A DNA stretch of 64,000 nt from Candidatus Portnoybacteria bacterium RBG_19FT_COMBO_36_7 (GTDB lineage: Bacteria > Patescibacteriota > Minisyncoccia > Portnoybacterales > GWB1-42-6). Both the position numbers and the translations under genes were made by a program. Shown here piece after piece: positions 53,343 to 62,044 of this stretch. Positions within the stretch are counted from its first letter, which is position 1. The number at the start of each line of letters is the position of its first letter. The notes beneath the pieces were generated by a model. The model saw only the letters and a program-made list of their open reading frames with translations. It was not told where the DNA came from and ran no database searches. The stretch spans positions 5,398 through 69,397 of the forward strand of contig MHMW01000028.1 of assembly GCA_001819495.1 (NCBI GenBank), written 5' to 3'.

Positions 53343-53643
53343 CTTTAGCTATTTCTTTCTGATTTTTTCCCGCAATCTTGGTTTTGGCAAAAATCAGAAT
53401 ATCAAAGTTTTTATTAATCAAAGGAGTCAATAATTTAACGGTTTCGCTCAAACGCCGCCTGATCTTGTTGCGAACAACCGCTTTTTTTGATACCTTCAGC
53501 CCGGCCACAAATCCAAAACGGCAAGAATCATGGTCGTTTGGCAAAAATCGTATCTGGACAAACTCTCCAGAAAATGACATCCCTTTCCTGGAAACATTTC
53601 TAAAATCGACTGTTTTTTTTAGTCTGTTGCTCTTGGCAAACAT
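53299..53643 (-). CDS. rnpA: Ribonuclease P protein component.
   Basis: RLKKTVDF..V...G....EFVQIRF...[24 protein letters not shown]. Confidence 0.9.
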   Translation of the reverse strand: MFAKSNRLKKTVDFRNVSRKGMSFSGEFVQIRFLPNDHDSCRFGFVAGLKVSKKAVVRNKIRRRLSETVKLLTPLINKNFDILIFAKTKIAGKNQKEIAKDVENIFKKAGIYNS

Positions 53644-53646
53644 TTA

Positions 53647-53781
53647 TTAAACACTCAGACGCCGGCGTTTTTTGTTCCTTCTGTTTCTTAAAACCCGACG
53701 GCCGCCAAATGTCCTCATCCGCTTGAGAAAACCATGAGTTTTTTTGCGTTTTCTTTTTTTAGGCTGGTATGTCGTGCTCAT
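53647..53781 (-). CDS. rpmH: 50S ribosomal protein L34.
   Basis: Hand-translated: [44 protein letters not shown]. It sits 3 nt upstream of rnpA and was too short for the ORF track. Confidence 0.85.
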   Translation of the reverse strand: MSTTYQPKKRKRKKTHGFLKRMRTFGGRRVLRNRRNKKRRRLSV

Positions 53782-54278
53782 AGGGTCGGCTTTGTTTTAA
53801 TATTTTAAACCTTAATGAAAGAAATTCGCATTTCTTTGACATCAAATTAAGTTTAGTATATTATTAAATAACGCAAAAGTCAATTCAAAGACACGTCTTT
53901 CCACAGATAGTGCACATTTTATGAACAAAATCAGTTTTTTGCGGCATTTTAAATGATTTTTCTGTGAACTTTTGATATGATATAATTGGCAACAAGGGAT
54001 AGATAAAAAATTATTTTTTATTTTGACCGAGTGAACCGATTGTCCCCAGAACTACAATCCTCTCGGGATATCGTCGGAAAAAAATAATTTTTTTCCTTTT
54101 TTTATCGAAATTAAATTTTAATAATATTTATATTCCAAAAACGTATGCCAGGTAGTGAAAATTCGACAGATATCTTTTAGTATAAATTTTCACTTCATTC
54201 GCCTGGTAAAGAATCTATTTTAAAATATAGAAATTCTGACTGACTTTATTTAGTTTAGTCGAATTTCTATTACCTGGT
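53782..54278. promoter_or_regulatory. AT-rich rpmH-dnaA divergent intergenic region. It is the probable oriC/promoter region and contains a TTGACA-17-TATTAT promoter (about 53844-53872) and the inverted-repeat leader element at 54148-54277.
   Basis: Classic rnpA-rpmH / dnaA-dnaN divergent origin arrangement; degenerate DnaA-box-like 9-mers (TTTCCACAG). Confidence 0.55.
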
Positions 54279-55658
54279 ATGACTAATCACGAACTATGGC
54301 AGGCAGCATTGGGCGAAATTGAGCTCAATATCTCCAAGACAAATTTTATAACCTGGTTCCGCAATACCGATATTATTAAAGCAAAAGATAGCTCAGTGAC
54401 CATTGCCGTCCCAAACGCCTTTTCCAAAGAGTGGCTTGAGAATAAATATAATAAACTAATTTTAAAAGCTATCCGGAATGTCTCTCCTGAAACAAAAGAT
54501 GTTGAATTTATTATCAGTGCCCTGCCTTCGGCAAAATTAGCACCCGAGATGACATTAGCGACTGTAAAATCTGCCAAGAAAAAAGAGGTAAATGAACTCG
54601 GACAGCCGTTTCAGGAATTCGAGATCAATAAAGATACTCATTTAAATCCAAAGTACACCTTTGATAATTTTATCGTCGGCTCTTTTAATGAACTGGCTCA
54701 GGCCGCCGCTCAGGCAATCACAAAAAATTTGGGGAAGCTTTATAATCCTCTTTTCATTTACGGCGGCGTGGGACTAGGAAAAACTCATCTTATCCAGGCG
54801 CTTGGCAATGAAATAGTAAAAAACTACAATAGCGAAAAAAAGGTCTGCTATATCAGTTCTGAAAAATTTACAAGCGAGCTGGTTGACGCCCTCTACAACG
54901 GCCAAGTTGAAGAATTTAAGGATAAGTATCGGCAAATCGATGTTCTTATCATAGATGATATCCAGTTTTTGGCCGGGAAAGAAAAAACTCAGGAAGAGTT
55001 TTTCCACACTTTTAACGCCCTTTACCAGAACAATAAACAGATAATCTTGAGCTCTGACCGGCCGCCACAAGCTATTTCAACGCTTGAAGAACGTCTTAAA
55101 TCACGCTTTGCCGGCGGCATGATTGCCGACATCTCGTTTCCCGACCTTGAATCGCGCATCGCCATCTTAAAAGAGAAGGCTTATGAAAAAAAATTTGAGG
55201 TAACCGACGAAATTTTGAATTATATAGCCAATCATATCCAAAAAAACATCAGAGAACTAGAAGGAGCGCTTAACCGCATTGTTATTTCCGCCAAACTGCG
55301 CAATACCATTCCCTCTGTGCCAGAAATCTCAAAAATATTAAATAATATCACATCTCCGCTATCCAAAAAAATCAGCTATAAGACCATCGTTCAGGCAGTG
55401 GCTGATTTTTATGATATAAACACCGGTCTTTTAGTTAACCGATGCCGGAAAAAAGAACTTGTTTATCCCCGACAAGTAGCAATGTTCCTCATCCGCGAGG
55501 AATTAAAAAGTTCTTATCCTTTTATCGGAGAAAAATTAGGCGGCCGCGACCACACTACTGTTATGTATGCTTGTGAAAAAATTACCAAAGAATTAGAAAA
55601 TAATGAATCTCTCCAGCAAGAAATTAATCTGATAAAAGAGCATTTTTATAATACTTAA
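54279..55658 (+). CDS. dnaA: Chromosomal replication initiator protein DnaA.
   Basis: AAA+ Walker A GGVGLGKTHL, Walker B LIIDDIQF, sensor motifs, and the C-terminal DNA-binding domain (RQVAMFLIRE...GGRDHTTV). Confidence 0.95.
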   Translation: MTNHELWQAALGEIELNISKTNFITWFRNTDIIKAKDSSVTIAVPNAFSKEWLENKYNKLILKAIRNVSPETKDVEFIISALPSAKLAPEMTLATVKSAKKKEVNELGQPFQEFEINKDTHLNPKYTFDNFIVGSFNELAQAAAQAITKNLGKLYNPLFIYGGVGLGKTHLIQALGNEIVKNYNSEKKVCYISSEKFTSELVDALYNGQVEEFKDKYRQIDVLIIDDIQFLAGKEKTQEEFFHTFNALYQNNKQIILSSDRPPQAISTLEERLKSRFAGGMIADISFPDLESRIAILKEKAYEKKFEVTDEILNYIANHIQKNIRELEGALNRIVISAKLRNTIPSVPEISKILNNITSPLSKKISYKTIVQAVADFYDINTGLLVNRCRKKELVYPRQVAMFLIREELKSSYPFIGEKLGGRDHTTVMYACEKITKELENNESLQQEINLIKEHFYNT

Positions 55659-55865
55659 TATCTAGTGGATAACATATTTAATAACTATCTTATTTTATAT
55701 TAGTAAAAATTATTAATTTTAATAATTAAATTTAATAATAAATAATTAATAGCTTATTCACATGTTATTTAATGAAAATTTATAATCCAGGATTTAAAAA
55801 ATATATTTTTCCACAGTTTTATACAATTCTAATAATATCACCTTTTTTAAAAATATTAATTTAAA
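55659..55865. promoter_or_regulatory. dnaA-dnaN spacer: highly AT-rich, with a DnaA box (TTATTCACA) and a near-box (aGTGGATAA). Candidate oriC/DUE.
   Basis: tagTGGATAAcat at about 55673 and cTTATTCACAtg at about 55762; 80% or more A+T. Confidence 0.5.
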
Positions 55866-56987
55866 ATGAAAATTACCTGTCTTCAGGAAAATTTAAAAAC
55901 TAATTTAAATATTGCCCAAAATATAGTTGGTAAGAATTTAACTTTGCCGATTTTAAATAATCTATTACTTGAAATTGATAATGGACAGCTGAAAATTTCT
56001 TCAACTAATCTTGAAATTGGTATTAATACATGGACATCAGGAAAAATAGAAAAAACCGGCTCAATTACATGTCCAGCAAAAATTCTAACCAGTTTTATAA
56101 ATAATCTACCTAATAAAAAAATTGAATTAGAGGCAAAAGATAATAATTTATACATCAAATGTGAAAATTATAAGGCAGCGATTAAGGGTTTAAGCGCTGA
56201 AGACTTTCCTTTAATTCCAAAAATAAAAGAAAAACCAATATCTGTTTTTAAAAAAAGCGAAGCGTTAAAGAATGACTTAAATAAAGTGGTTGGAGCAGCT
56301 GCTTTGTCTGAATCCAGGCCTGAATTTTCAGGAGTCTTGTTTAAATTTGAAAAAGATTCGGTCAGATTTGTTGCGACAGATAGTTTTAGGCTGGCGGAAA
56401 AAATAATATACCAGACCAGCAGCATCAGTCAGCCAAATTCACTTATCGTTCCTCAGCGGACAATCCAGGAATTAATAAGGATTTTAGGAGAGAAGCAGAG
56501 CCAGGAAGTAAGGTTTGTCTTGGGAGACAGCCAGATTTTATTTGATCTTGATGAAGTGCAGTTAATCTCCCGCCTAATTGACGGACAGTACCCAGATTAT
56601 CAACAGATTATCCCTAAAAACTTTGAAACAAAAGTCACTTTATCAAAGGACGAGCTTATTAATAATATCAGGATTGCCAGTATTTTTTCTAGTAAAATAA
56701 ACGACGTGAAAATACTTATCCGGTCAGAGAAGATAGAAATACTATCCCAAGACCCGGACCTAGGAGAAAATAAGTCGCAAATGTCAGCCCGGGTACAGGG
56801 CAAGCCGATGGAAATTATTTTTAATTTCAGATACCTGATGGAAGGACTGGCTAATATCGGCACTAAACAAGTTTTGCTGGGGCTAAACCCAGAAATTCAG
56901 GGCACAAGCTCAAGATCCAACCCAGCAGTGATTAAGCCGGTCGGAGAAGACGGATATCTTTACGTCGTCATGCCGATTAAAACTTAA
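55866..56987 (+). CDS. dnaN: DNA polymerase III beta sliding clamp.
   Basis: Three-domain beta-clamp pattern (MKITCLQENL..., ...LNPEIQGT...YLYVVMPIKT C-terminus). Confidence 0.9.
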   Translation: MKITCLQENLKTNLNIAQNIVGKNLTLPILNNLLLEIDNGQLKISSTNLEIGINTWTSGKIEKTGSITCPAKILTSFINNLPNKKIELEAKDNNLYIKCENYKAAIKGLSAEDFPLIPKIKEKPISVFKKSEALKNDLNKVVGAAALSESRPEFSGVLFKFEKDSVRFVATDSFRLAEKIIYQTSSISQPNSLIVPQRTIQELIRILGEKQSQEVRFVLGDSQILFDLDEVQLISRLIDGQYPDYQQIIPKNFETKVTLSKDELINNIRIASIFSSKINDVKILIRSEKIEILSQDPDLGENKSQMSARVQGKPMEIIFNFRYLMEGLANIGTKQVLLGLNPEIQGTSSRSNPAVIKPVGEDGYLYVVMPIKT

Positions 56988-57012
56988 ATTTTATTCTGAG
57001 GCTAAAAGAAGA

Positions 57013-57306
57013 ATGTGGACGACGATAAAAAAAATATTGCCTGTCAGTATCAGGAAATTGGGCTTGGGTCAAGTTCTTGAATTGAATGATATTTGCTTTT
57101 GTTGGGATAAAATGCTCGAAGAGCTTTTTGGCGAAATCTACAGGAATAAAAGCAAGCCGATTTCTTTGAAAAATAAAACGCTGATAGTGGATTGTTTGAA
57201 TTCAGTTTGGGCTTCCGAATTGCAAATAAAACAGCTGCAGATCATTAAACAGATAAACGGTAATTTTAGCAGAGAACTGGTTGAGAGAATAAGGTTTATT
57301 AGCTGA
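57013..57306 (+). CDS. DUF721/DciA-like protein, a small protein commonly found downstream of dnaN.
   Basis: W..i....i...lg....l.dg.L.V.c.nSvWAsELq.....I...IN pattern. Confidence 0.45.
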   Translation: MWTTIKKILPVSIRKLGLGQVLELNDICFCWDKMLEELFGEIYRNKSKPISLKNKTLIVDCLNSVWASELQIKQLQIIKQINGNFSRELVERIRFIS

Positions 57307-57317
57307 TAATTTTTTAA

Positions 57318-57360
57318 AAATAAATCCGCCCCGCTAAAAAGGACGGATTTTTATTTTGTT
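57318..57360. terminator. Bidirectional terminator between the DUF721 gene and the PBP gene.
   Basis: AAATCCGCC-ccgctaaaaa-GGACGGATTTTTATTTTGTTT. Confidence 0.55.
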
Positions 57361-57382
57361 TGGATAAAACTAAGATTATTTT

Positions 57383-60016
57383 TTATTGTCTTTGGGAATC
57401 CTGGATAATGACACCCGGGGCCGCGATATAAACCCGCGCTTGAGCCTCTTGTCTGTTATAGACCTGGTCATAGGCCCGGACCTTGATCAGATGGCTGGTG
57501 CCTGTCACGCGGTTGGGCAGATTGAAATTAAACTGAAAAGGCTCTTGCGTGATTACACCGATGAGTTCCTCATCAAAGAAAAAGTCAACCTGTTTAATGC
57601 CAAGTTTGGCAAAAACCAATGTATAGATATTGACGCTTTTCTGGCTGATTGTCTGACCGTCGCTTGGTGAGACAATCGTTAACGTCGGCTGGTTTTCTGG
57701 TACGTGAACATCATCATATTGGGTTGGCGGCTGGATAGGCACCCAGCCGGAATTGGCCGCCCAATTTTGGATTGGTGCCTCCCAGTTGAAAAACTGGGGA
57801 TCGGTTTCGGGGTTGCCGGGGGGTTCGCCCAAGGGATCATCTTTGTCTACATAATATAAAATCGTGTGGATTTGCTGAAATGGCACTTCCTGAATGAGGT
57901 CTGGTGGCGTCAGATCAGTGGCTAATTTGCCAGAAATTCTGTCTATTTTTACTTTATTTTCAGAAAATATTTGGCCGGATAACACTGCTTTGGTTGACGA
58001 AGCTGTTGATTTGGGGCTGATGAATTGTTCAGGTTTTTTTATCAGGTTAAAGCTGGAAGCGGTTTCAAGGTTATTTTTTGATTTTAGTTCATAAGCTTTT
58101 TTCATAAAAGCATTCCAAATGGGAGCAGCCGCGTAGAGGCCGGCGCCGGCTTTGGCCATTGGCGTATTGTCGTTATTGCCGGCCCAAACGCCAGCGACCA
58201 GAGAAGGAGTATAGCCGACTGTCCAGGCGTCGCGGTATTCCTGAGTAGTGCCGGTTTTGACAGCGGTTGGCCGCTCGGCAATATAAAGAGGGGAGGAAGC
58301 GCCAAAAACCGGAGTCCGGGCTTCGTTATCGGAAAGAATATTAGAAATGGTTCTTGCAATTTGCGGGTCCAAAACTTTTTGTGGTTTGGCGGCAAATTCT
58401 TCTAGGGCGTTACCCTTTGAATCCTCTATTTTTAAAATCGCGGTTTTTTCGTTCTTAATTCCGTCGGCGGCAAAAACGCCATAAGCTGCCACCTCGTCAA
58501 TTAATTTAACTTCGCCGCCGCCCAAAACCAGAGCCAGGCCATAGCGGCTGGTATCTTTTAAAGTAGTAAAGCCCATTGCTTGGGCTGTTTTGATGGTTTG
58601 CGGAATGCCGGCCAGATACAGGATTTTGACCGAAGGAATATTCAAAGACTGGGCCAGTGCCTGTCTTAGAGTGACCGGACCTCTAAAATTGCCGTCGTAA
58701 TTTTGGGGATTATAACATTTGTTGCCGTTAAATTCATTGGCCGATGCATCCGCAGGACAATTAGAATTAAACTCAGTTTTTAAATCAAACAAAATCGTTT
58801 CCGGCGTAAGTCCTTTTTCAAGCGCCTGGGCATAAGCAAAAGGCTTAAAAGAAGAACCCGGCTGGCGGTCTCGGATAGCTACGTTGACATTGGGTTCAAA
58901 ACGGCAATTTTTTCCTGGGTCGCAGTCTGAAGGCAAAGAAGTATCAAAATAATCTTTTGAACCGACCATCACCAAGATTTGCCCAGTTTTGGGGTCAACA
59001 GCGGCCAGAGCCGCATTGTAAGCGCCGTATTTTTTTTGATTACTGGCTGCTCCTTCCTCAATTATTTGTTCCGCTGCTTCCTGCAGTTCCCAGTCAAGAG
59101 TGGTATAAACCTTGAGCCCGCCGTTTTCCACTACGTCCTGGCCAAACTTTTCCTCAATATACTCTTTGACGTACATGACAAAATGAGGCGCTTTGATCAG
59201 CTGGGGGCTTTTTGTAAAATTAAGCTTTTCATTTTTGGCGGTGTCGGCTTCTTGTGCGGTTATCTGTCCGAGTTTTGTCATTCTCTCTAAAATATATTCC
59301 TGCCTGGCCTTTAAATCTTCAAGATGCGAGCCGAAAGGTGAAAGATAGCTTGGTCGGTTGGGTAAGGCGGCTAAAGTCGCGCTTTCCGCCAAAGTTAAAT
59401 CCCTGGCTGATTTGCCAAAAAAAGTCTGAGCAGCTGATTCAATGCCATAAGCGTTGGAGCCGTAAGGAATTTGGTTCAGATAAAAGCCCAGGATCTCGTC
59501 TTTTGAGTATTTTGCTTCCAGCTCCAGCGAAAGAATCCATTCTTTGATTTTCCGGGAATATAGGCGTGCATCAGTCAGCATAGATTTTTTAATGAATTGC
59601 TGAGTAATGGTTGAACCACCACCGGCGGATCTATCACCGGTCAGGACACCCCAGACTGCGCGGGCAATGCCCTTGAAATCCAAACCGGAATGATTGTAAA
59701 AATTGGCGTCTTCAACGGCGACGGTAGCATTTTTTAAATATTGCGAGATCTGGTCAAAAGGAACAACTGTTCTTTTTTCTTCGCCGTGCACATCATAGAG
59801 CATAACGGTGCCTGTCCGGTCGTAGATCTTGGTGGATTGGGTTATCTGACGCTCCGAAATCCTGCTGGGATCGGGCAGATCTTTGGCAAAATAGACAAAG
59901 GCTCCAGCAGTTAAAATGATTATTGCTAAAACAAAATAGCCTGACAAGACCAGGACTTTCTTGAATAATTTCTTTTTATGTTTGGTAATGTAAAAATACG
60001 GACGATAATACCTCAT
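57383..60016 (-). CDS. Class A penicillin-binding protein (PBP1A-type bifunctional glycosyltransferase/transpeptidase) with a C-terminal extension.
   Basis: GT51 motifs VAVEDANFYNHSGLD and GGSTITQQ; transpeptidase SxxK (GSSFKPF), SxN and KTG(T) motifs. Confidence 0.9.
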   Translation of the reverse strand: MRYYRPYFYITKHKKKLFKKVLVLSGYFVLAIIILTAGAFVYFAKDLPDPSRISERQITQSTKIYDRTGTVMLYDVHGEEKRTVVPFDQISQYLKNATVAVEDANFYNHSGLDFKGIARAVWGVLTGDRSAGGGSTITQQFIKKSMLTDARLYSRKIKEWILSLELEAKYSKDEILGFYLNQIPYGSNAYGIESAAQTFFGKSARDLTLAESATLAALPNRPSYLSPFGSHLEDLKARQEYILERMTKLGQITAQEADTAKNEKLNFTKSPQLIKAPHFVMYVKEYIEEKFGQDVVENGGLKVYTTLDWELQEAAEQIIEEGAASNQKKYGAYNAALAAVDPKTGQILVMVGSKDYFDTSLPSDCDPGKNCRFEPNVNVAIRDRQPGSSFKPFAYAQALEKGLTPETILFDLKTEFNSNCPADASANEFNGNKCYNPQNYDGNFRGPVTLRQALAQSLNIPSVKILYLAGIPQTIKTAQAMGFTTLKDTSRYGLALVLGGGEVKLIDEVAAYGVFAADGIKNEKTAILKIEDSKGNALEEFAAKPQKVLDPQIARTISNILSDNEARTPVFGASSPLYIAERPTAVKTGTTQEYRDAWTVGYTPSLVAGVWAGNNDNTPMAKAGAGLYAAAPIWNAFMKKAYELKSKNNLETASSFNLIKKPEQFISPKSTASSTKAVLSGQIFSENKVKIDRISGKLATDLTPPDLIQEVPFQQIHTILYYVDKDDPLGEPPGNPETDPQFFNWEAPIQNWAANSGWVPIQPPTQYDDVHVPENQPTLTIVSPSDGQTISQKSVNIYTLVFAKLGIKQVDFFFDEELIGVITQEPFQFNFNLPNRVTGTSHLIKVRAYDQVYNRQEAQARVYIAAPGVIIQDSQRQ

Positions 60017-60173
60017 TGATACTAATTATGCCAAAAAAAAAATTTTTTTTCAACCCCGCACTCAAGATTACTCTACGATTAGACAGGCAGTTCTGTTTCG
60101 TCAAGACAATGAAACAAAAGCGGTTTTCTTTTGGAAAACCGCTTTTTGTAGTGATAAAAATTTAAAAATAATT

Positions 60174-60302
60174 ATTCATCGTCGTCTTCTTCAAGTTCAA
60201 GATCGTCTTCTTCTGCTGGCTCTGCTTCTTCTGTCTCCGTTTCTTCTTTCTCTTCTGGTTCATCTCCTTCTGGCTGATTTAAAATTAAGTCTTCGGTCAT
60301 AA
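60174..60302 (-). CDS. Possible 42-aa extremely acidic peptide (MTEDLILNQPEGDEPEEKEETETEEAEPAEEDDLELEEDDDE). Speculative.
   Basis: Hand-translated ORF in the ruvC-PBP spacer with no clear RBS. A symmetric terminator (AAAAGCGGTTTTC-tttt-GGAAAACCGCTTTTT) follows at about 60115-60150. Confidence 0.2.
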
Positions 60303-60495
60303 AAAAGTTTAGAGGGTGTTTATTATTTTTTACCGACCTTTCGCAGATAGTTTTCTTTTTGTGAAGTCATTTTATTAGATTATTTTTTGCCTGTCAAGAC
60401 CCGATAGAAGTTTTTCTAAAGCGCCAATTTTTAAATGTAAGCCGTAGGCGATTCGCCAAAAATCTATTTCGTTAACATTAGGTTAGGAAGAACTT

Positions 60496-61044
60496 CTAAA
60501 CGGGTTCGGGCTTTTGTGAATTTTTACTGCAGTGGGCACCGCAGATAGCAATGGCCAGTGCGTCCGCGGCGTCATCCGGCTTGGGAATTTCTTTTAAGTC
60601 CAGCAGTAGCTTAACCATTTTTTGTATTTGCTGTTTTTCGGCCCGACCATAACCAGAAACTGCCTGCTTGACCTGAAGCGGAGTGAATTCAATGACCGGT
60701 ACGCCGAGGTTTGCAGCAGCCAGGGTCGCTATGCCTCTGGCTTGGCTGACAGAAATCACTGTTTTGGCATTTTTGAAAAAGAATATTTTTTCCACAGCTA
60801 AACAATCTGGCTTGAAATTTTTTATGAGCTTAATCAGCCCCTTGTAAAGAATTTTTAGACGAGAGGCCTCATTAAGATTTTTTGCCGTTTTTAAGCAGCC
60901 GTAGCCAACCAGCCTATTTTTATTTTTTTCAGCCCTGATGCAGCCATATCCCATAATTGCCGTACCCGGGTCAATGCCCAATATAATCAAAATTTCTGAT
61001 TTCCCCGCCTGCCAAAGCCAATAGTGATTAATTAATATCGGCAA
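60496..61044 (-). CDS. ruvC: Crossover junction endodeoxyribonuclease RuvC. The true start is probably an internal TTG near 60990, giving M-IILGIDPG.
   Basis: IILGIDPGTAIMGYG (catalytic Asp), ...AVEKIFF (Glu), and C-terminal DAADALAIAICGAH. Confidence 0.9.
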   Translation of the reverse strand: MPILINHYWLWQAGKSEILIILGIDPGTAIMGYGCIRAEKNKNRLVGYGCLKTAKNLNEASRLKILYKGLIKLIKNFKPDCLAVEKIFFFKNAKTVISVSQARGIATLAAANLGVPVIEFTPLQVKQAVSGYGRAEKQQIQKMVKLLLDLKEIPKPDDAADALAIAICGAHCSKNSQKPEPV

Positions 61045-61237
61045 TTACAGACGGTTAAATTTGATAAAAATTTAAATAAGACCTGGCCGCCTCGGTTATT
61101 GGCGGGCAGGTAATTTCTAATTTCTAATTTAGTCCCGCGGAGCAAGACTTTTTTGTCTCCCTTCGGGAGACCCCCTCAGAGGGGAGAAATTAGGTATTAG
61201 AAATTGGTTATTATTTAAGTTGACTAGAATAACTCGG

Positions 61238-61975
61238 TCAATTAGATATTTTTGAATTAGAATAGATTTCCTGTACATCCTGATGCTCATCCAGCGCCTC
61301 AAGAAGTTTTTCCATAGATTCTTTTATCTTGACATCCTCTATCTTAATTTCGTTTTTGGGGATCCAGTCCAGCGAGACTGATTCGGGTTTGACACTTTTT
61401 GCTTCCAGAGACTTTTTAACCTTTTCCATGTCTTCAGCTCTTGTATAGACCTCAAGCAATTCTTGTGTCTGCCAACGCAAGTCATCCGCGCCGCAGTCTA
61501 TCGTCAGAAGTTCCAGATTTTCTTTGTTGATGCCGGACAAAGATGAATTGATGACAATCGCACCCTTGCGCTCAAACAGCCAGAGGACGCTGCCTGCCTG
61601 GGCCATTTTTGCGCTATGCTGTCCTAAAAGATATTTTATTTCGGAAACCGTCCGATTTTTGTTATCGGTCAGTGTCTCAATTATTAGAGCTGTGCCGCCA
61701 GGCCCATAGGCCTCAATGGTCAGTTCTTCCATTTTTATACCTTCCAGATCCCCCAGGCCCTTTTTGATTGCCCGTTCAATTTTTTCATTTGGCATATTGA
61801 AAGAGCGGGCTTTTTCTATTGTTAGGCGCAGCTGAGGATTGGTATCCGGGTCGCCGCCTTTTTGCCGCGCCACGACAGATATTAAATTAGAAAGCTTGGA
61901 AAAAAGCTTGCCTTTTTTAGCGTCAGTTATCGCTTTTTTATGCTTTATTTGAGACCATTTGCTGTGGCCGGACAT
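61238..61975 (-). CDS. yebC: YebC/PmpR-family transcriptional regulator.
   Basis: MSGHSKWSQIKHKKAITDAKKGKLFSKL. Confidence 0.9.
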   Translation of the reverse strand: MSGHSKWSQIKHKKAITDAKKGKLFSKLSNLISVVARQKGGDPDTNPQLRLTIEKARSFNMPNEKIERAIKKGLGDLEGIKMEELTIEAYGPGGTALIIETLTDNKNRTVSEIKYLLGQHSAKMAQAGSVLWLFERKGAIVINSSLSGINKENLELLTIDCGADDLRWQTQELLEVYTRAEDMEKVKKSLEAKSVKPESVSLDWIPKNEIKIEDVKIKESMEKLLEALDEHQDVQEIYSNSKISN

Positions 61976-62044
61976 AGAAAATTAAAAAATAAAAATGAAA
62001 AATTAAAAATTGTATCACTAGATTCTAAATATTAGCACCGGGAT

